Made by a program: the position numbers and the translations under genes. Source: Ascoidea asiatica JCM 7603 (lineage: Eukaryota > Fungi > Ascomycota). From it: a DNA stretch of 64,000 bases. The notes below the pieces were generated by a model. The model made no database searches and was not told the origin of the DNA. It worked only from the letters and a program-made list of their open reading frames with translations. The stretch spans positions 349,678-413,677 of the forward strand of contig BCKQ01000011.1 of the NCBI GenBank assembly GCA_001600695.1. The letters run 5' to 3'. Below are positions 10,789 through 22,190 of this stretch, one piece after another. Numbering within the stretch: the stretch's first letter is position 1; every line of letters begins with the position of its first letter.

Positions 10789-12770
10789 GAAATAAAATGA
10801 ATAGAAGTGCAGGAAAAGTGAATTAGAAGTAGAAATAAAACATAAAAGTAAAAATGTGAAGTAAAGTGAAGTTACTTTACTTACAATTTATTTACAATTT
10901 GTTTATGATTTATTTATTATTTAAATGGTTTGATTTTAAAAAAGAGAAAAGAAAAAAAAAGAAAAGAAAAAGTGCTTTTACTTCTGTTTTTACTACAGAA
11001 AGATGTGATCTTTGGAGTACTTCGTTTTCAAAAACTTTAGAGTCTATTTGATGGGAGAGAAGAAAAGTAAAAGTTTTCAAATAAAGTAGAAATAAATTTG
11101 AATTTGAAGTTTATTAACCTGAATAGTTATAAGTTTTATCGAAAGTAGGAATTGAAATGGATGAAAACTGCAGGTTTAAATATTAATATTAAATACTGTT
11201 TAAATACTGTTTAAATACAATACAAATTCAACTTGAAAACAATGTAAGAAACTTTTATGAAAACTCGTTAAATGAATAAGTTAATTGAAATCTGAAAGTT
11301 GATAATCAAACAATAAAAAGTAAACAATATAAACATCTTTTGTTTATATTCAGTTTAACATTCTTCCAAAATTCGGTTAACCAGTTTTCAAAAATTTATA
11401 AAATAGAAACCAAAAATTTTAGAATTTTACAAAATTGTATAAAACAATTGAGAGAGAAATCTCAAAAACATGTCTTTCATAATAATAATGTTTTTTTTCA
11501 TTCTCATATTATGAATATGATGAATATTAAGATGATTTGTGAATTTAAAATGGTCAAGTTAAGCTGGGTTAGTTTTGTAATTATTTAGTTAATCTCAAAG
11601 ACAATATATATACTGTATATTTTTTTTTTGATTATCATCAGAGATTTTCATCTTCGTTTTGAGATTTCCATTGAGATCTTCAATATGTATATTTCCTAGT
11701 AAATGTTTCACAAATTGTTTCAATAAAATACTCCAAAGTGATGTCTGACTTAGTTTCTGTTCTGTTTAGTTCTGTTCTGTTTTGCAACTTGCTTTCCAAG
11801 CTTTCTCTCAAGATCTTTTCCACCATTTCCTCCAGCAATTCCTGCAGTTCCTGTAACCTACTTTTGCAATCCAAACACCAAATAAAAGATGCAAAATGGA
11901 AAATGAAAAATAAATAAAAAAATATTGGTCAGTCACGGGCTTAGATAAGCACCAAGCTTAGTCTGTTTTCATTATTTTGATGATTGTTGTTGACTTTTGC
12001 CTGTTTCTGTTCTGGGTGGGCAGTCGAAGCGCGCATTTCAGATCTGTCACTGGGCTCGCACCCTCGACCGGTGTGTACCCTGAGGCTGGTGCCATGTGGC
12101 GTCGTGTACCCTATTCTAAAACTGGAGAATCCACACCGTTTAAGCTTTCCACAATCACAACAGAGTCTGCAAAAGCAAGTCCAAAGCTGCACTGAAGAAA
12201 AACTCCATTTTTTATTTTCGGCCTTTCATTCCACTCCTGCACTCTTCAAGTGCTTCCGCCAATATTCTCACGCAGAGAGATGCGCTGTGTGGCAAAAGAC
12301 TAAGTTGCGTTCGAATTCCAAATTACAGATTTCTATTACGTTACACTATTTCTGTAATAGATCTGACTTTTTATTGAAAGATGGGTCAATGTATACGCAT
12401 TAGTGACGAAAACTGAAAACGAACATAAATTAACTAATTATTCCCAATTCGTTAATAACCAATAATTCATTTTGTGTACATCATTTTTTTTTTCTTAACT
12501 TTCTCTTTTAGATAAAATTCTTAACGAACACATTCGTCTTACCCGGATTCACTCTCTTTAAAAACCTGGAAACCAGGAAACTTGAACTTGAACAAGTTTC
12601 TTTTGAACGCACTTTTGGCTAAAGTTTAATCTAAGCTACCTTTGCTGTGCATTGATGTGTCTCTGTGTGGAATATTTGCAAAAACATCAGCTGATTAAAA
12701 ATCCCTACAAACACCAGGCCTGTCTGTTTCGGCGCAAATCCCCGTGGACAGTGTGTCTAGAAGGCTTAGC

Positions 12771-12810
12771 TGCCTGTAATTGCCTGTAACTGCCTGTAAT
12801 TGCACTGTAA
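12771..12810. repeat. 10-bp tandem repeat (TGCCTGTAAY) x~4
   Basis: tgcctgtaat tgcctgtaac tgcctgtaat tgcactgtaa. Confidence 0.85.
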
Positions 12811-12965
12811 AGGCTAAACCTACTCTTATTTTGAACTATTCGTTAACTACTGAGAAAAGATATCCATAAAATTGGCTTTTCATATATATATTTATATATT
12901 TTTATTTATATTTTTATTTATATTTTTATTTATTTTTATATTTATTATACAGTTCTAAAATTAAA

Positions 12966-14744
12966 TTATAACCACCATGAAAAAAATGCAATTATAATAA
13001 AGGTCAATAATAATATTATACCATTCATGAATCTACTTCTATTATCATTATTATTTAATGTTAAATAAACTGAGAAACTAGAAAAAATTAAAATTAATAA
13101 AAATGGCCAATTTAAAATTAAATTTAAATCATCATTTGAATTATTACTTTCATTATCATTACTTGAGAAATTAATAATTATTGAGATTAATTGTGTTAAA
13201 GGTAAAACAAATGATAAAATTTGAATTGAACTACCAATTGAAATAGTTATTGATAAATCTAAATTATTTTTATATGCTGCAATCATTGATGTTGTATGTT
13301 CTGGTAAATTACCTGCAATTGGTACTAAAATTAATCCAATAAATGTTTTTGAAATTTTCATTCCTATATTAGTCTCATTATAATCACTATTATAATTATT
13401 TTCTTCAGTAATCTTTTTTAATGAATCTATAAAAATATCCGTAATTGGAGATAATAAAACTGTTGAAAATATTAATCCAAATAATGCATCAATAATTCTT
13501 GGATTATCAACTGAAATTTCATTTATATTTATATTTATATTCATACTAGAATCCAAATTCGATTCAAAATTTGTGATTTCAGAACTTAAAGTCTCTGAAT
13601 TATAATTTTCTTCTATTAAATTCAAATCCTTTTTTTTATCTTTATCTTTATCTTTTTTAATCTTCTTCTCTTTCTTATCTTTTCTAGTACAATCATTTAT
13701 ATTTAAACTGATATATGAATCCAAATTGTCTATATTCTCTTGATTATCTATATAATCTATACCAGATTGAAGATTATTATCATTCATAACTAATGTTGAT
13801 CCATAATTAGAATCTCTTGAGATCAATCGACTATTTTCATTTTCATTCTCATTTTCATTATTTTCATTATTGTCATTTTCATTAACATTATTATTATCAT
13901 TTTCGTTATCATTTACTTGATTTACAATTTCAGAATGAATTGTATAATAAAGATAAGTTAAATAAAATAATAATAAAAATATTGAAAACCATAAAGATAA
14001 TTGATTTTTAATATATTTATTTGAATAATCAATATCATTCATTAAATTAACATCTTTTTCAGTATTAGTTATAAGATAATTATAAATTATTTTTGGAAAT
14101 AAAAATAATAAGGATAAAAAAATAATAATTGAAGAAATTAAATTACTTTGAAATAAATCAAATGAAGTTAAACTATTATTATTATTATTATTTATTAAAG
14201 AAATTAAGAAACAAAACCCTAAAAGAAATAACGAATTTGATAATATTGAACCAATTAAAGAAGTTAAAATTAATAATGAATCATTTTTTTTTAAAGAAAT
14301 TAAAGATATTAATAATTCAACAAAATTTCCAAATGAACAATTTAATAAACCTGCTAAAATTGGACCAAATTTTAATTCTAAAGATTCTGTTGAATATGAT
14401 AATATTGAACTTAATGGAATAATTTGTAATGAAGATAAAATTATAATTAAATAAATATTTAAATTAAATTTATATGAAATAAATGTAAATGGTAATAAAA
14501 TTAATAAATAATTTAAATTTGAAGATGATAAAATTATTTTTAATGATAATAAAAATGGAATTTTTAATTCTAATTTATAATATAATTTTTTTAAATAATT
14601 TTTAATTTCAATTGTTTTTTTATTATTATAATTATGAGTGATATTATTATTATTATTTTTAATTAATTCAATTGATTGAATATTATTATTAACATCAGTT
14701 TGAACAATTAATGGAATTTGAGCTTGATCTTGAACTTGAGACAT
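12966..14744 (-). CDS. Ca2+/H+ exchanger (CAX family), divergent Vcx1-like
   Basis: Two alpha-repeats, GLLNCSFGNFVE and VPIAGNLPEH...IGSSIQ; multiple TM segments; long acidic central loop. Confidence 0.85.
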   Translation of the reverse strand: MSQVQDQAQIPLIVQTDVNNNIQSIELIKNNNNNITHNYNNKKTIEIKNYLKKLYYKLELKIPFLLSLKIILSSSNLNYLLILLPFTFISYKFNLNIYLIIILSSLQIIPLSSILSYSTESLELKFGPILAGLLNCSFGNFVELLISLISLKKNDSLLILTSLIGSILSNSLFLLGFCFLISLINNNNNNSLTSFDLFQSNLISSIIIFLSLLFLFPKIIYNYLITNTEKDVNLMNDIDYSNKYIKNQLSLWFSIFLLLFYLTYLYYTIHSEIVNQVNDNENDNNNVNENDNNENNENENENENSRLISRDSNYGSTLVMNDNNLQSGIDYIDNQENIDNLDSYISLNINDCTRKDKKEKKIKKDKDKDKKKDLNLIEENYNSETLSSEITNFESNLDSSMNINININEISVDNPRIIDALFGLIFSTVLLSPITDIFIDSLKKITEENNYNSDYNETNIGMKISKTFIGLILVPIAGNLPEHTTSMIAAYKNNLDLSITISIGSSIQILSFVLPLTQLISIIINFSSNDNESNNSNDDLNLILNWPFLLILIFSSFSVYLTLNNNDNRSRFMNGIILLLTFIIIAFFSWWL

Positions 14745-15163
14745 TATTGTATTTCATAATAAATATTGATAAATTGATTTTACTTCTTCATTATTAGACT
14801 TTTCATAAGTCAATTAAGTTAATCTATTATAATATAGGAAACCCTTTTTTTATTTATAGTATTTGAAGAATATTAATATTTTGAAGTTGGTTCATATTCT
14901 TTTCTATATGTCTTTTGATAATTTAGATTAGATTAATTCTCCAATGTTAGTTTCAATCTATCATTTATTTATCATTTATTTATCATTTATTTATCATTCA
15001 TTCTTTATCTTCTCGTTTAATATTTTATTTAAAGCTTTATTTCATTCTTTTTGACACAAAGTTTTAGTATGAGTCGGGGGAAAAGAATCCGTAATTTCGG
15101 GGCTGCTTCCGTTTTGGGAACGGGCTGAGTGTTTACTATGAGTTCTTGGCTAAAATGTGACGA

Positions 15164-15214
15164 GAAATGAAATAATGAAATAATGAAATAATGAAATAAT
15201 GAAATAATGAAATA
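15164..15214. repeat. 8-bp tandem repeat (AATGAAAT) x~6
   Basis: Directly visible downstream of ATP16. Confidence 0.85.
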
Positions 15215-15310
15215 AAAGAAGGCATTAGAGATGTTTATTTATTTTTATATACGTATTTTGAATTGAATGAATATGAAACTGGTGGTGGTTTGTATTTATT
15301 ATTCTTTTAA

Positions 15311-15793
15311 TTATTTAGCAACAGCTTGTAAAGCTTCTAAAACTTCAACTTGAATTGCAGCTTCAGCAGAAATTTCAATATCAGAAGAAGATAAATTTTT
15401 TTGAGCATCAGATAATTTTGATTTAATTAAATTAATATCAAAAGAATCTAAAGGAAAAGCTTCAATTGAAGAAATTGATAATTTTGAACCAGGTTGAACA
15501 GTTGCAAAACCACCAGATTGAAAAAATTGTTTTGTAATTGAAGAAGATTCAATTACACTAATTACACCTGGTTTTAATTCTTCAACACTTGGAACATGAT
15601 TTGATAAAACACCCATGGCACCAGAAGCTGCAGGAATATTAACTTGATTTACTTCAACATTATTATATAAAATTTGATTTGGTACAGAAAATGATAATTT
15701 TAAACCAGAAGATGATGAAACTTCTGCATAACCTCTTTTAGTAATGAAATTTGCAGATCTTGAGATAGATCTAACAGTATTTAAACGAAACAT
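15311..15793 (-). CDS. ATP16: Mitochondrial F1Fo ATP synthase delta subunit
   Basis: Arg/Ser-rich presequence ending RGYAE; QVNIPAASGAMGVLSNHVPSVEELKPG; C-terminal AEAAIQVEVLEALQ. Confidence 0.96.
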   Translation of the reverse strand: MFRLNTVRSISRSANFITKRGYAEVSSSSGLKLSFSVPNQILYNNVEVNQVNIPAASGAMGVLSNHVPSVEELKPGVISVIESSSITKQFFQSGGFATVQPGSKLSISSIEAFPLDSFDINLIKSKLSDAQKNLSSSDIEISAEAAIQVEVLEALQAVAK

Positions 15794-15802
15794 ATTGAAT
15801 GG

Positions 15803-15846
<44 letters not shown>

Positions 15847-16140
15847 GATACTAGGTGATTAATATAATCTACTTTTTTTTAACTAATATATAATATCAAT
15901 AGAGTGATACCATTATCATCAGCTACCACAGCTATCTATTTCCATTCATCACTCCTCCAACTTCTTCTTCTTCTTCCTGGACAAATTCTGATCTCGCTCC
16001 CAGCCAATTACTGCACTCCAAAAAAGCGAGCAGGCAAAGAACCACGGAAAACAAAAATAATATGAACTTCCGCAGTCAGGTGCAAAATAAAATAAAAAAA
16101 AACATCCAAATCCTGAGCACGGACGAGGATGACAAACAAC

Positions 16141-16222
16141 TTATGTAATCAAGTTACATAAGGTCTTACGTAATCAGCTTACTAACCGATTACGTAACCC
16201 GATTACCTCATTGCTTACATAA
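16141..16222. promoter_or_regulatory. Phased array of seven TTAC(G/A)TAA / TTACTAA-like bZIP sites in the ATP16-LSM7 divergent promoter
   Basis: Sites start at 16141, 16154, 16166, 16179, 16190, 16203 (degenerate) and 16215. Confidence 0.7.
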
Positions 16223-16422
16223 TCATTCAAATTCTTCCTTCTTTTTTTTTGTTTGCTGAAGCAGCGTCGAATTCGAAATCGAAATCAAAACCAGAACCAG
16301 AACCAGAAGAAGCAAAAGAAGCTCACGCAGCACAGCCAAAAGCAAAGCTGGAAAATGAACAGACTCGTTATCTTACTCTTGAGTATATAAATGTATTATA
16401 TAACACTTCAATTTCTCATATA

Positions 16423-16981
16423 ATGGAAGGAAATAGTGGAAATAGTGGAAGTTCTGGGAATACTGGAAATAATTTCAATTCTAAAGGAAATAATAATTAT
16501 TCAAATAGAGTATGTTTATGTTTATGTTTATTTTTATTTTTATTTCTTATTATTGAATAAAAGAGAATAAGAATATAAAGATCATTAAAAGATCATTGAA
16601 AGTTCAAAGACTAAAGACTAAAGACTAACAATATAATTATAGAAACAAAAAAGAAAATATGATAATAAAAATCATTCAAATAATAAACAAGATGGTCCAA
16701 AAAGAGATGCAATTTTAGATTTAAATAAATTTATAAATAAAGAATTAAGAATTAAATTCATTGGTGGTAGACAAATTATAGGAACTTTAAAAAATTATGA
16801 TCAATTAATGAATTTAGTTTTAATTAATGTTAAAGAAAATTTAAGAGATTTAAATAATAATAATAATTTAACTGAAAATAAAAGAGATTATAAAAAAAAT
16901 TTAGTTGTTGTTAGAGGTCCTTTATTATTAACTATATCTCCAATTGAAGGTTCTGAAATTATTGAAAATCCATTTATTTAA
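16423..16981 (+). CDS. LSM7: Sm-like protein Lsm7, spliced: join(16423..16509,16643..16981), 141 aa
   Basis: Exon 2 encodes GPKRDAILDLNKF...FIGGRQIIGTLKNYDQLMNLVL (Sm1) and VVVRGP (Sm2). The intron has GTATGT at 16510, GACTAAC at 16623 and TAG at 16640-16642, and the phase-0 join is in frame. Confidence 0.93.
16510..16642 (+). other. Spliceosomal intron of LSM7 (133 nt)
   Basis: GTATGT donor, GACTAAC branch point, TAG acceptor; removal restores the frame. Confidence 0.88.
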
Positions 16982-17047
16982 TTAATAATTAATAATTAAT
17001 AATTAATAATTAATAATTTATAATTAATAATTTATAGTTTATTAATA

Positions 17048-18604
17048 TTAAATTTTTATATTTTGTTTCTTAATTTGTTCAAAATCTAATTTTAATATTA
17101 TTAAATTTCTATATAATACAATCATTGTAATAAATGATGCAATTCCAACTGGTACAACTGCAAATATTATAATATTATAATAATTAAAATATCTTGATTT
17201 CTTACATATAATTTCATTTCTATCATAATTAAAATCTTTACTTTTACTTTTACTTTTACTTTTACTTTTTCTTCTTAAATTTTTTAAATAATTTTTTTTC
17301 TTTAAAATCACTATATCATTAAAACTATTTGCTCTTTTTCTAATAATTTCACTATCATCATTATTATTAAGATATTTTTTATTTCTAAATTTATTCTTAT
17401 TTTTATAATTTTTTTCATTTTGATTAAATTTTTCTAAATCTGTTACAAAAAAATTTTGTATAGTATAAATTACTGTTAAAATACAACTTATAATAATCCA
17501 AGTATGTAAGATATAATTATTATTTTCATTTTCATTTTCATTTTCATTAAAAATTTCATTAAAAATTTCATTTTCATTAGAATTTTCATAATTTATATTA
17601 AAATTAAAAATAAAATTTATAAATTTAATTATTGAAATTAAAATAAAACTCATTGATAACATTCTAAGAATTGAAGCTTGAATTGAATAAAATATTAACC
17701 ATCTTGTCATTAAACCATCTAAGATTGAATAAATTAAATATGCTGAAACTATTAACCAAATTGATGTTAAAATTAATTCACTTATTTTTAAATCAAAATT
17801 ATAATTATAATTTAAAATATTTTTATTTTTTTTATAAAAATTTAAAATTTTTATTATATAAATTATACAACCAATTAATTTTATAAATACATAAATAAAT
17901 GAAATATCTCTACATAAAGCTAAAGCTAAATGTTGTTTTGGATTTAATAATTTTAAACCAATTTTTTTTAAATTTTGAAAATTATTATTTATATTTGAAA
18001 TATTATTACTAATATTTATTATATCATTTTTATCTAAACTATTTTCTTCATCATCATCTTCATCTTCGTTATCGTTGTCATTGTCTTCTTCTTCTTCTTC
18101 TTCTTCTTCTTCTTCATTATTATCTCCTATATTGATATCATTATTATTACTATCATTACTTTGAATACTATGATTATCATCATTTCCAATATTTTCAATA
18201 TTATTATTATTATTATTAATAGATTTTCGACTATGATGATTATTATTTAATCGATTTAATTTATCTAAATTTAAATGAAGACCTAAATCATTATTATAAT
18301 TTGATATTTGACTCTTAGATCGTCGAATTTTTTTAATATTATTATTATTGATATTATTATTAATATTGATATTTGAATTTTCATCATTACTTAAAACTAT
18401 AGTTTCATTATCAGATTCAATTTCATTTATTTGGTTGTTATTATTATTATTATTATTAATGTTATTATTAATGTTATTATTAATGTTATTATTATTGATT
18501 GAAGAATGTCTATTATAAAGATTATTATATGAATTTGATCTTGAAACAGAAGTTGCTAAATGAATAGAACCATCATAATTTATGTAATGATTTATATCAT
18601 CCAT
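17048..18604 (-). CDS. EOS1: Eos1 ER membrane protein (N-glycosylation / oxidative stress)
   Basis: LLNPKQHLALALCRDIS, ILDGLMTRWLIFYSIQASILRMLSMS, WIIISCILT and FAVVPVGIASFITM match the recalled Eos1 family. Confidence 0.88.
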   Translation of the reverse strand: MDDINHYINYDGSIHLATSVSRSNSYNNLYNRHSSINNNNINNNINNNINNNNNNNNQINEIESDNETIVLSNDENSNININNNINNNNIKKIRRSKSQISNYNNDLGLHLNLDKLNRLNNNHHSRKSINNNNNNIENIGNDDNHSIQSNDSNNNDINIGDNNEEEEEEEEEEDNDNDNEDEDDDEENSLDKNDIINISNNISNINNNFQNLKKIGLKLLNPKQHLALALCRDISFIYVFIKLIGCIIYIIKILNFYKKNKNILNYNYNFDLKISELILTSIWLIVSAYLIYSILDGLMTRWLIFYSIQASILRMLSMSFILISIIKFINFIFNFNINYENSNENEIFNEIFNENENENENNNYILHTWIIISCILTVIYTIQNFFVTDLEKFNQNEKNYKNKNKFRNKKYLNNNDDSEIIRKRANSFNDIVILKKKNYLKNLRRKSKSKSKSKSKDFNYDRNEIICKKSRYFNYYNIIIFAVVPVGIASFITMIVLYRNLIILKLDFEQIKKQNIKI

Positions 18605-19397
18605 TTAATTTATTTATGTTGTTTCTTTGATTATTTGGTTTTTATAAGTCTATTTTTTTATGAACTTTTTTTTATTCTTTTTTTTTGTTTCAAAATGATA
18701 ATTTTTTTTTTTTCTTACATGGAGTTTTTATTGAAGTTGTGAATGTAATTAAGATATGAAGGACTGTTATAGGTTTTAGAATACAAATGGGAATATGAAT
18801 ATGAATAGGAATATTAGATTATGATTGAAACGAAGAATCAGTGTCCTTTGATTATATTCTTCAATTCTTCAATTCTTCAATTCTATTTATTCTATTTATT
18901 CTAAATATCTAAATGTATTATTCTATTTTATTGCAAATCCTCAAATCAGCTTCATTTCTCACAGTGTTCTCAGTGACAGTTTTATTCTTTTAGCACTGCT
19001 CTGTTAAGATTTAGATTTGAAGCGAAGTGAAGTGAAGGCTTTATCCGCTCCGCTCCGCGCTGCGCTGGCTCCGGGAAGGTCCTGAAATGCAGGCTACCCC
19101 GTCCTGGATAGGGCAGCAGTTAGGACAAAAGCAGGGCTGTTAAAACAAAATAAAATTGAAATAAAAGTAGGGCTCTGTTTGCTACTACGAGACCGCATCT
19201 GCGGGACTGCTCACGCTCGATACTTCTCTTCACCACAAAGACAAAAAGAGAAGCAAAAACAGCAGAAGTTGGTGTTTTTGGTGAATGAGACACAAGCAGC
19301 CAACCAGAAACACAGCAGAAGATAGAGAATCGAAGTTATGTTTTGTATTCTTGTTACTAAACTGAAATATTTTGGAACTAAAATTTTGCTTTATGAC

Positions 19398-19865
19398 TTA
19401 AAAAAATGAAGCTGTACCTAAAGTTGTTCCTTCTCCATTAAGATTATCATTATTATTTAAAAAATCACTTGAAATTAAATTATCTTCAACTATCGACCAT
19501 AAAGCTTCTCTAATAATTGTATTTTCATTTTTATTCTTTATTTTACTATTATCATTTTCATTTTTTATATTAACTAATTGTAATTTTAAATTTTCAATAT
19601 TCTCATTTTCAATTTCCATTTCATTTTCATTTTCATTTGCATTTGCATTTTCTCCCTTTTCCGTACTGGCAATATAATCAATTAATATTTTATCTTCAAT
19701 TTTACTTTTTACTGTATATCTTTTATTTCTTTCATTTTTTTTACCTCTTTTTGATGATATTACTTTTGTAGTTATTCCTTTATTTATCTTATTTTTTTTA
19801 CTTCTACTAAGATATTTATTTATACTCTTAATTCTAGTTTTTTCTTTATTTATTGAATTAGGCAT
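19398..19865 (-). CDS. ALB1: Pre-60S shuttling factor Alb1
   Basis: NSIN, ITTKVISSKRGKKNERNKRY, REALWSIVED and NGEGTTLG..FF match recalled Alb1. ALB1 neighbours RPE1 in S. cerevisiae (YJL122W/YJL121C). An RRPE-like element lies upstream. Confidence 0.82.
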   Translation of the reverse strand: MPNSINKEKTRIKSINKYLSRSKKNKINKGITTKVISSKRGKKNERNKRYTVKSKIEDKILIDYIASTEKGENANANENENEMEIENENIENLKLQLVNIKNENDNSKIKNKNENTIIREALWSIVEDNLISSDFLNNNDNLNGEGTTLGTASFF

Positions 19866-20017
19866 CTTGACTATGTTACTATGTTACTATATTACTATAA
19901 CTAATATAATTATTAGTTACTTATATATATATATAATACAATATTTTAATATTATTACTTATTTCTTACAATAAATAAATAAAAATTATTCTTAAATCTT
20001 TTTTTCTTCGTTGAATT

Positions 20018-20027
20018 TGAAATTTTT
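20018..20027. promoter_or_regulatory. RRPE-like element upstream of ALB1
   Basis: TGAAATTTTT about 150 bp upstream of a ribosome-biogenesis gene; a weak signal in such AT-rich DNA. Confidence 0.4.
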
Positions 20028-20376
20028 AAAAAAAAAATATTTTCGAAAATCACAAAGCTGCACCTATATGCACGCTATGCATTACACCCATAATATTGGT
20101 ATTACACGTTAATTAAAACCCCTTTTTTTTATTTAATTTATTTCAACGCGAAAATAATTTACTTTTATTTTTACTTATATCTTTTTTAATGTATTTTTAT
20201 TTCATTTCAATTTACTAAAATTTGAATCAATTCACTTAAAAATGATTTAATATCTTTAATTTAATTCATCAATATTCAAAAAATAATGGGATTTATATTT
20301 TGAAAATATAATGAGAATAGGATATGATTAAAATAAAATAAACTAAAATTTACAAAACTCAATTAAAAAAAAAACA

Positions 20377-20757
20377 ATGATTTCAAATACTTCAAATATT
20401 TTAAATATTTCAAATACTTTACAAATTAAAGATTTAAAATTATTAGATTCAATCAATTCATTAACTTCAATTAATTGTTATTTATTAGCTTTTCATTATA
20501 CTCCAAAATATATGGAATTATTAGTAACTGATTTTACTTCAAATGATAATATTGGTCCAATATTATTAAATCAAATTAATGAATTTTATTTAGGACAATT
20601 GAATTTTTCAGAAGTTGATAATGATAATAATTATAATTATAATAATAATAATAATATAATAAACTATAATCAATTATTTCATGTTCAGATTTATTCAAGT
20701 AAATTTATAGAATTTTATGAAAAAATCTTAAAACCATATAAATTAAACTTAAATTTC

Positions 20758-20795
<38 letters not shown>

Positions 20796-22128
20796 TTCAA
20801 ATGATAATTTAAAAATTAAACTTAATAACAAAAAAATATTTCAATCAATTGATAATTATATTGAATCTCAAAATTTAGAAACAAAAAATGAAAATTTTAT
20901 TGATATTCATAATTTATTTATTTTTTTAAATTTTGAAATAAAAATCTTAAATTATAATTCAATAATCTTCGGTAAAACAAATTTATTAAATATTTTAGAT
21001 TTATTTAATAATCCTTTTATACCTTTGAAAAATTTAATTTCAAATTCAAATTTTTATTTTAATTTTATTTTTAATAATTTATTATCAATTTATCCAAAAG
21101 AAAATTTTTTAAATAATTCAAAATTTTTACTTTATTTAAATTTAAAAAATTCAATTCCTTTAAATATTTTAAAAAAATATTTTCCTTCAATAATTGAACC
21201 CTTAAATAATACTACTCCAATTAAAAAAAGAAAAAGAAATCATGATTTTTTAATAAATTCTACAATTGAAAATCATGAAATCAAAGACAATAATAAAAGT
21301 CCTGAAATTGAAATTTATGAAGTTGATGATCTTAATTCTGATGATACTGAAGACATTGATTCTACAAATTCTGAAATTGAAATAAGTCATATAAATACTA
21401 ATAAAAATAATTCTACAACTATAGATAAAGAATTTTTACTTGAAAATCATGAAGCTAAATTTATTCAAAATTATAATTCAATTCCATCTTCATCTCCTTT
21501 TAAAAAATTAGTTCCATATAAAAATATAAATGAAATTTCAAATCAAAATTTAGATTCTAACCTCTTAATTCAAAAACCTTTTAATTACTTAAATTTAAAT
21601 TATTTTGATGAAAATAATGATATCATTGTTCAAGGTTTAATTATTGGTTTTAAACCAAATGATTTTAAATTTATTAATCAATTCAATTCAATTATTTCAA
21701 AACCAAATTTAAGAAATTTTTCAATTTTATTAACTGACCAAGATATTTTTAATAATAATAATAAATTAGTTAAAAATAATCAATTTTTATTAATAACTTT
21801 ATCAAATACTTTAGAAATTTTAAAATTTTTTAATATAAATAATTTAAACGATTATTTAAAAAATTTAAATAATTTTATTAATAAATTTCAATTTATCTTA
21901 AATCGTCAAATCAATATTTCAAATAATAACAATAATATTAATAATAATCTTAAATTACCAAAATTTAGAATCTATAGAAAAAAAATTAAAATAAGTGAAA
22001 CAAATTATCAACTTGGTTGGGGTTTAAGATTAGATAAACTTTCGAATTATACTGAAAATTTTAGTGAAAATAATAATGAATCGGATATTATATATAATTT
22101 TGATGGATTAATTAATTTCTTAAGATAA
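20377..22128 (+). CDS. CDC13: Probable Cdc13-like telomere ssDNA-binding OB-fold protein
   Basis: ELLVTDFTSN resembles the Cdc13/Pot1 OB 'xDFTxN' motif. A second OB-like block (IIVQGLIIGFKP...FSILLTD) follows an acidic linker. MCB/SCB-like ACGCGAAAA at 20146. Confidence 0.55.
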
Positions 22129-22190
22129 TTCCTACTTTAACTTTTAAAAATTCAAATTTATATTAAAATCTAAATTAGAAAGAGTTTGAT

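Noticed and set aside
12600-12625. TTTGAACGCAC (5.8S-like) and CTTTTGGCTAA (U2-like) words
   Set aside because: Matches of about 11 nt only; the flanks do not continue either RNA.
16249-16560. 103-aa ORF in the track
   Set aside because: It is LSM7 exon 1 with upstream and intron read-through; the real ATG is at 16423.
19070-19140. GGGAAGGTCCTG...CAGGGCT resembling RNase P/MRP P4
   Set aside because: Spacing is too short and pairing does not fit; better explained as the EOS1 promoter island.
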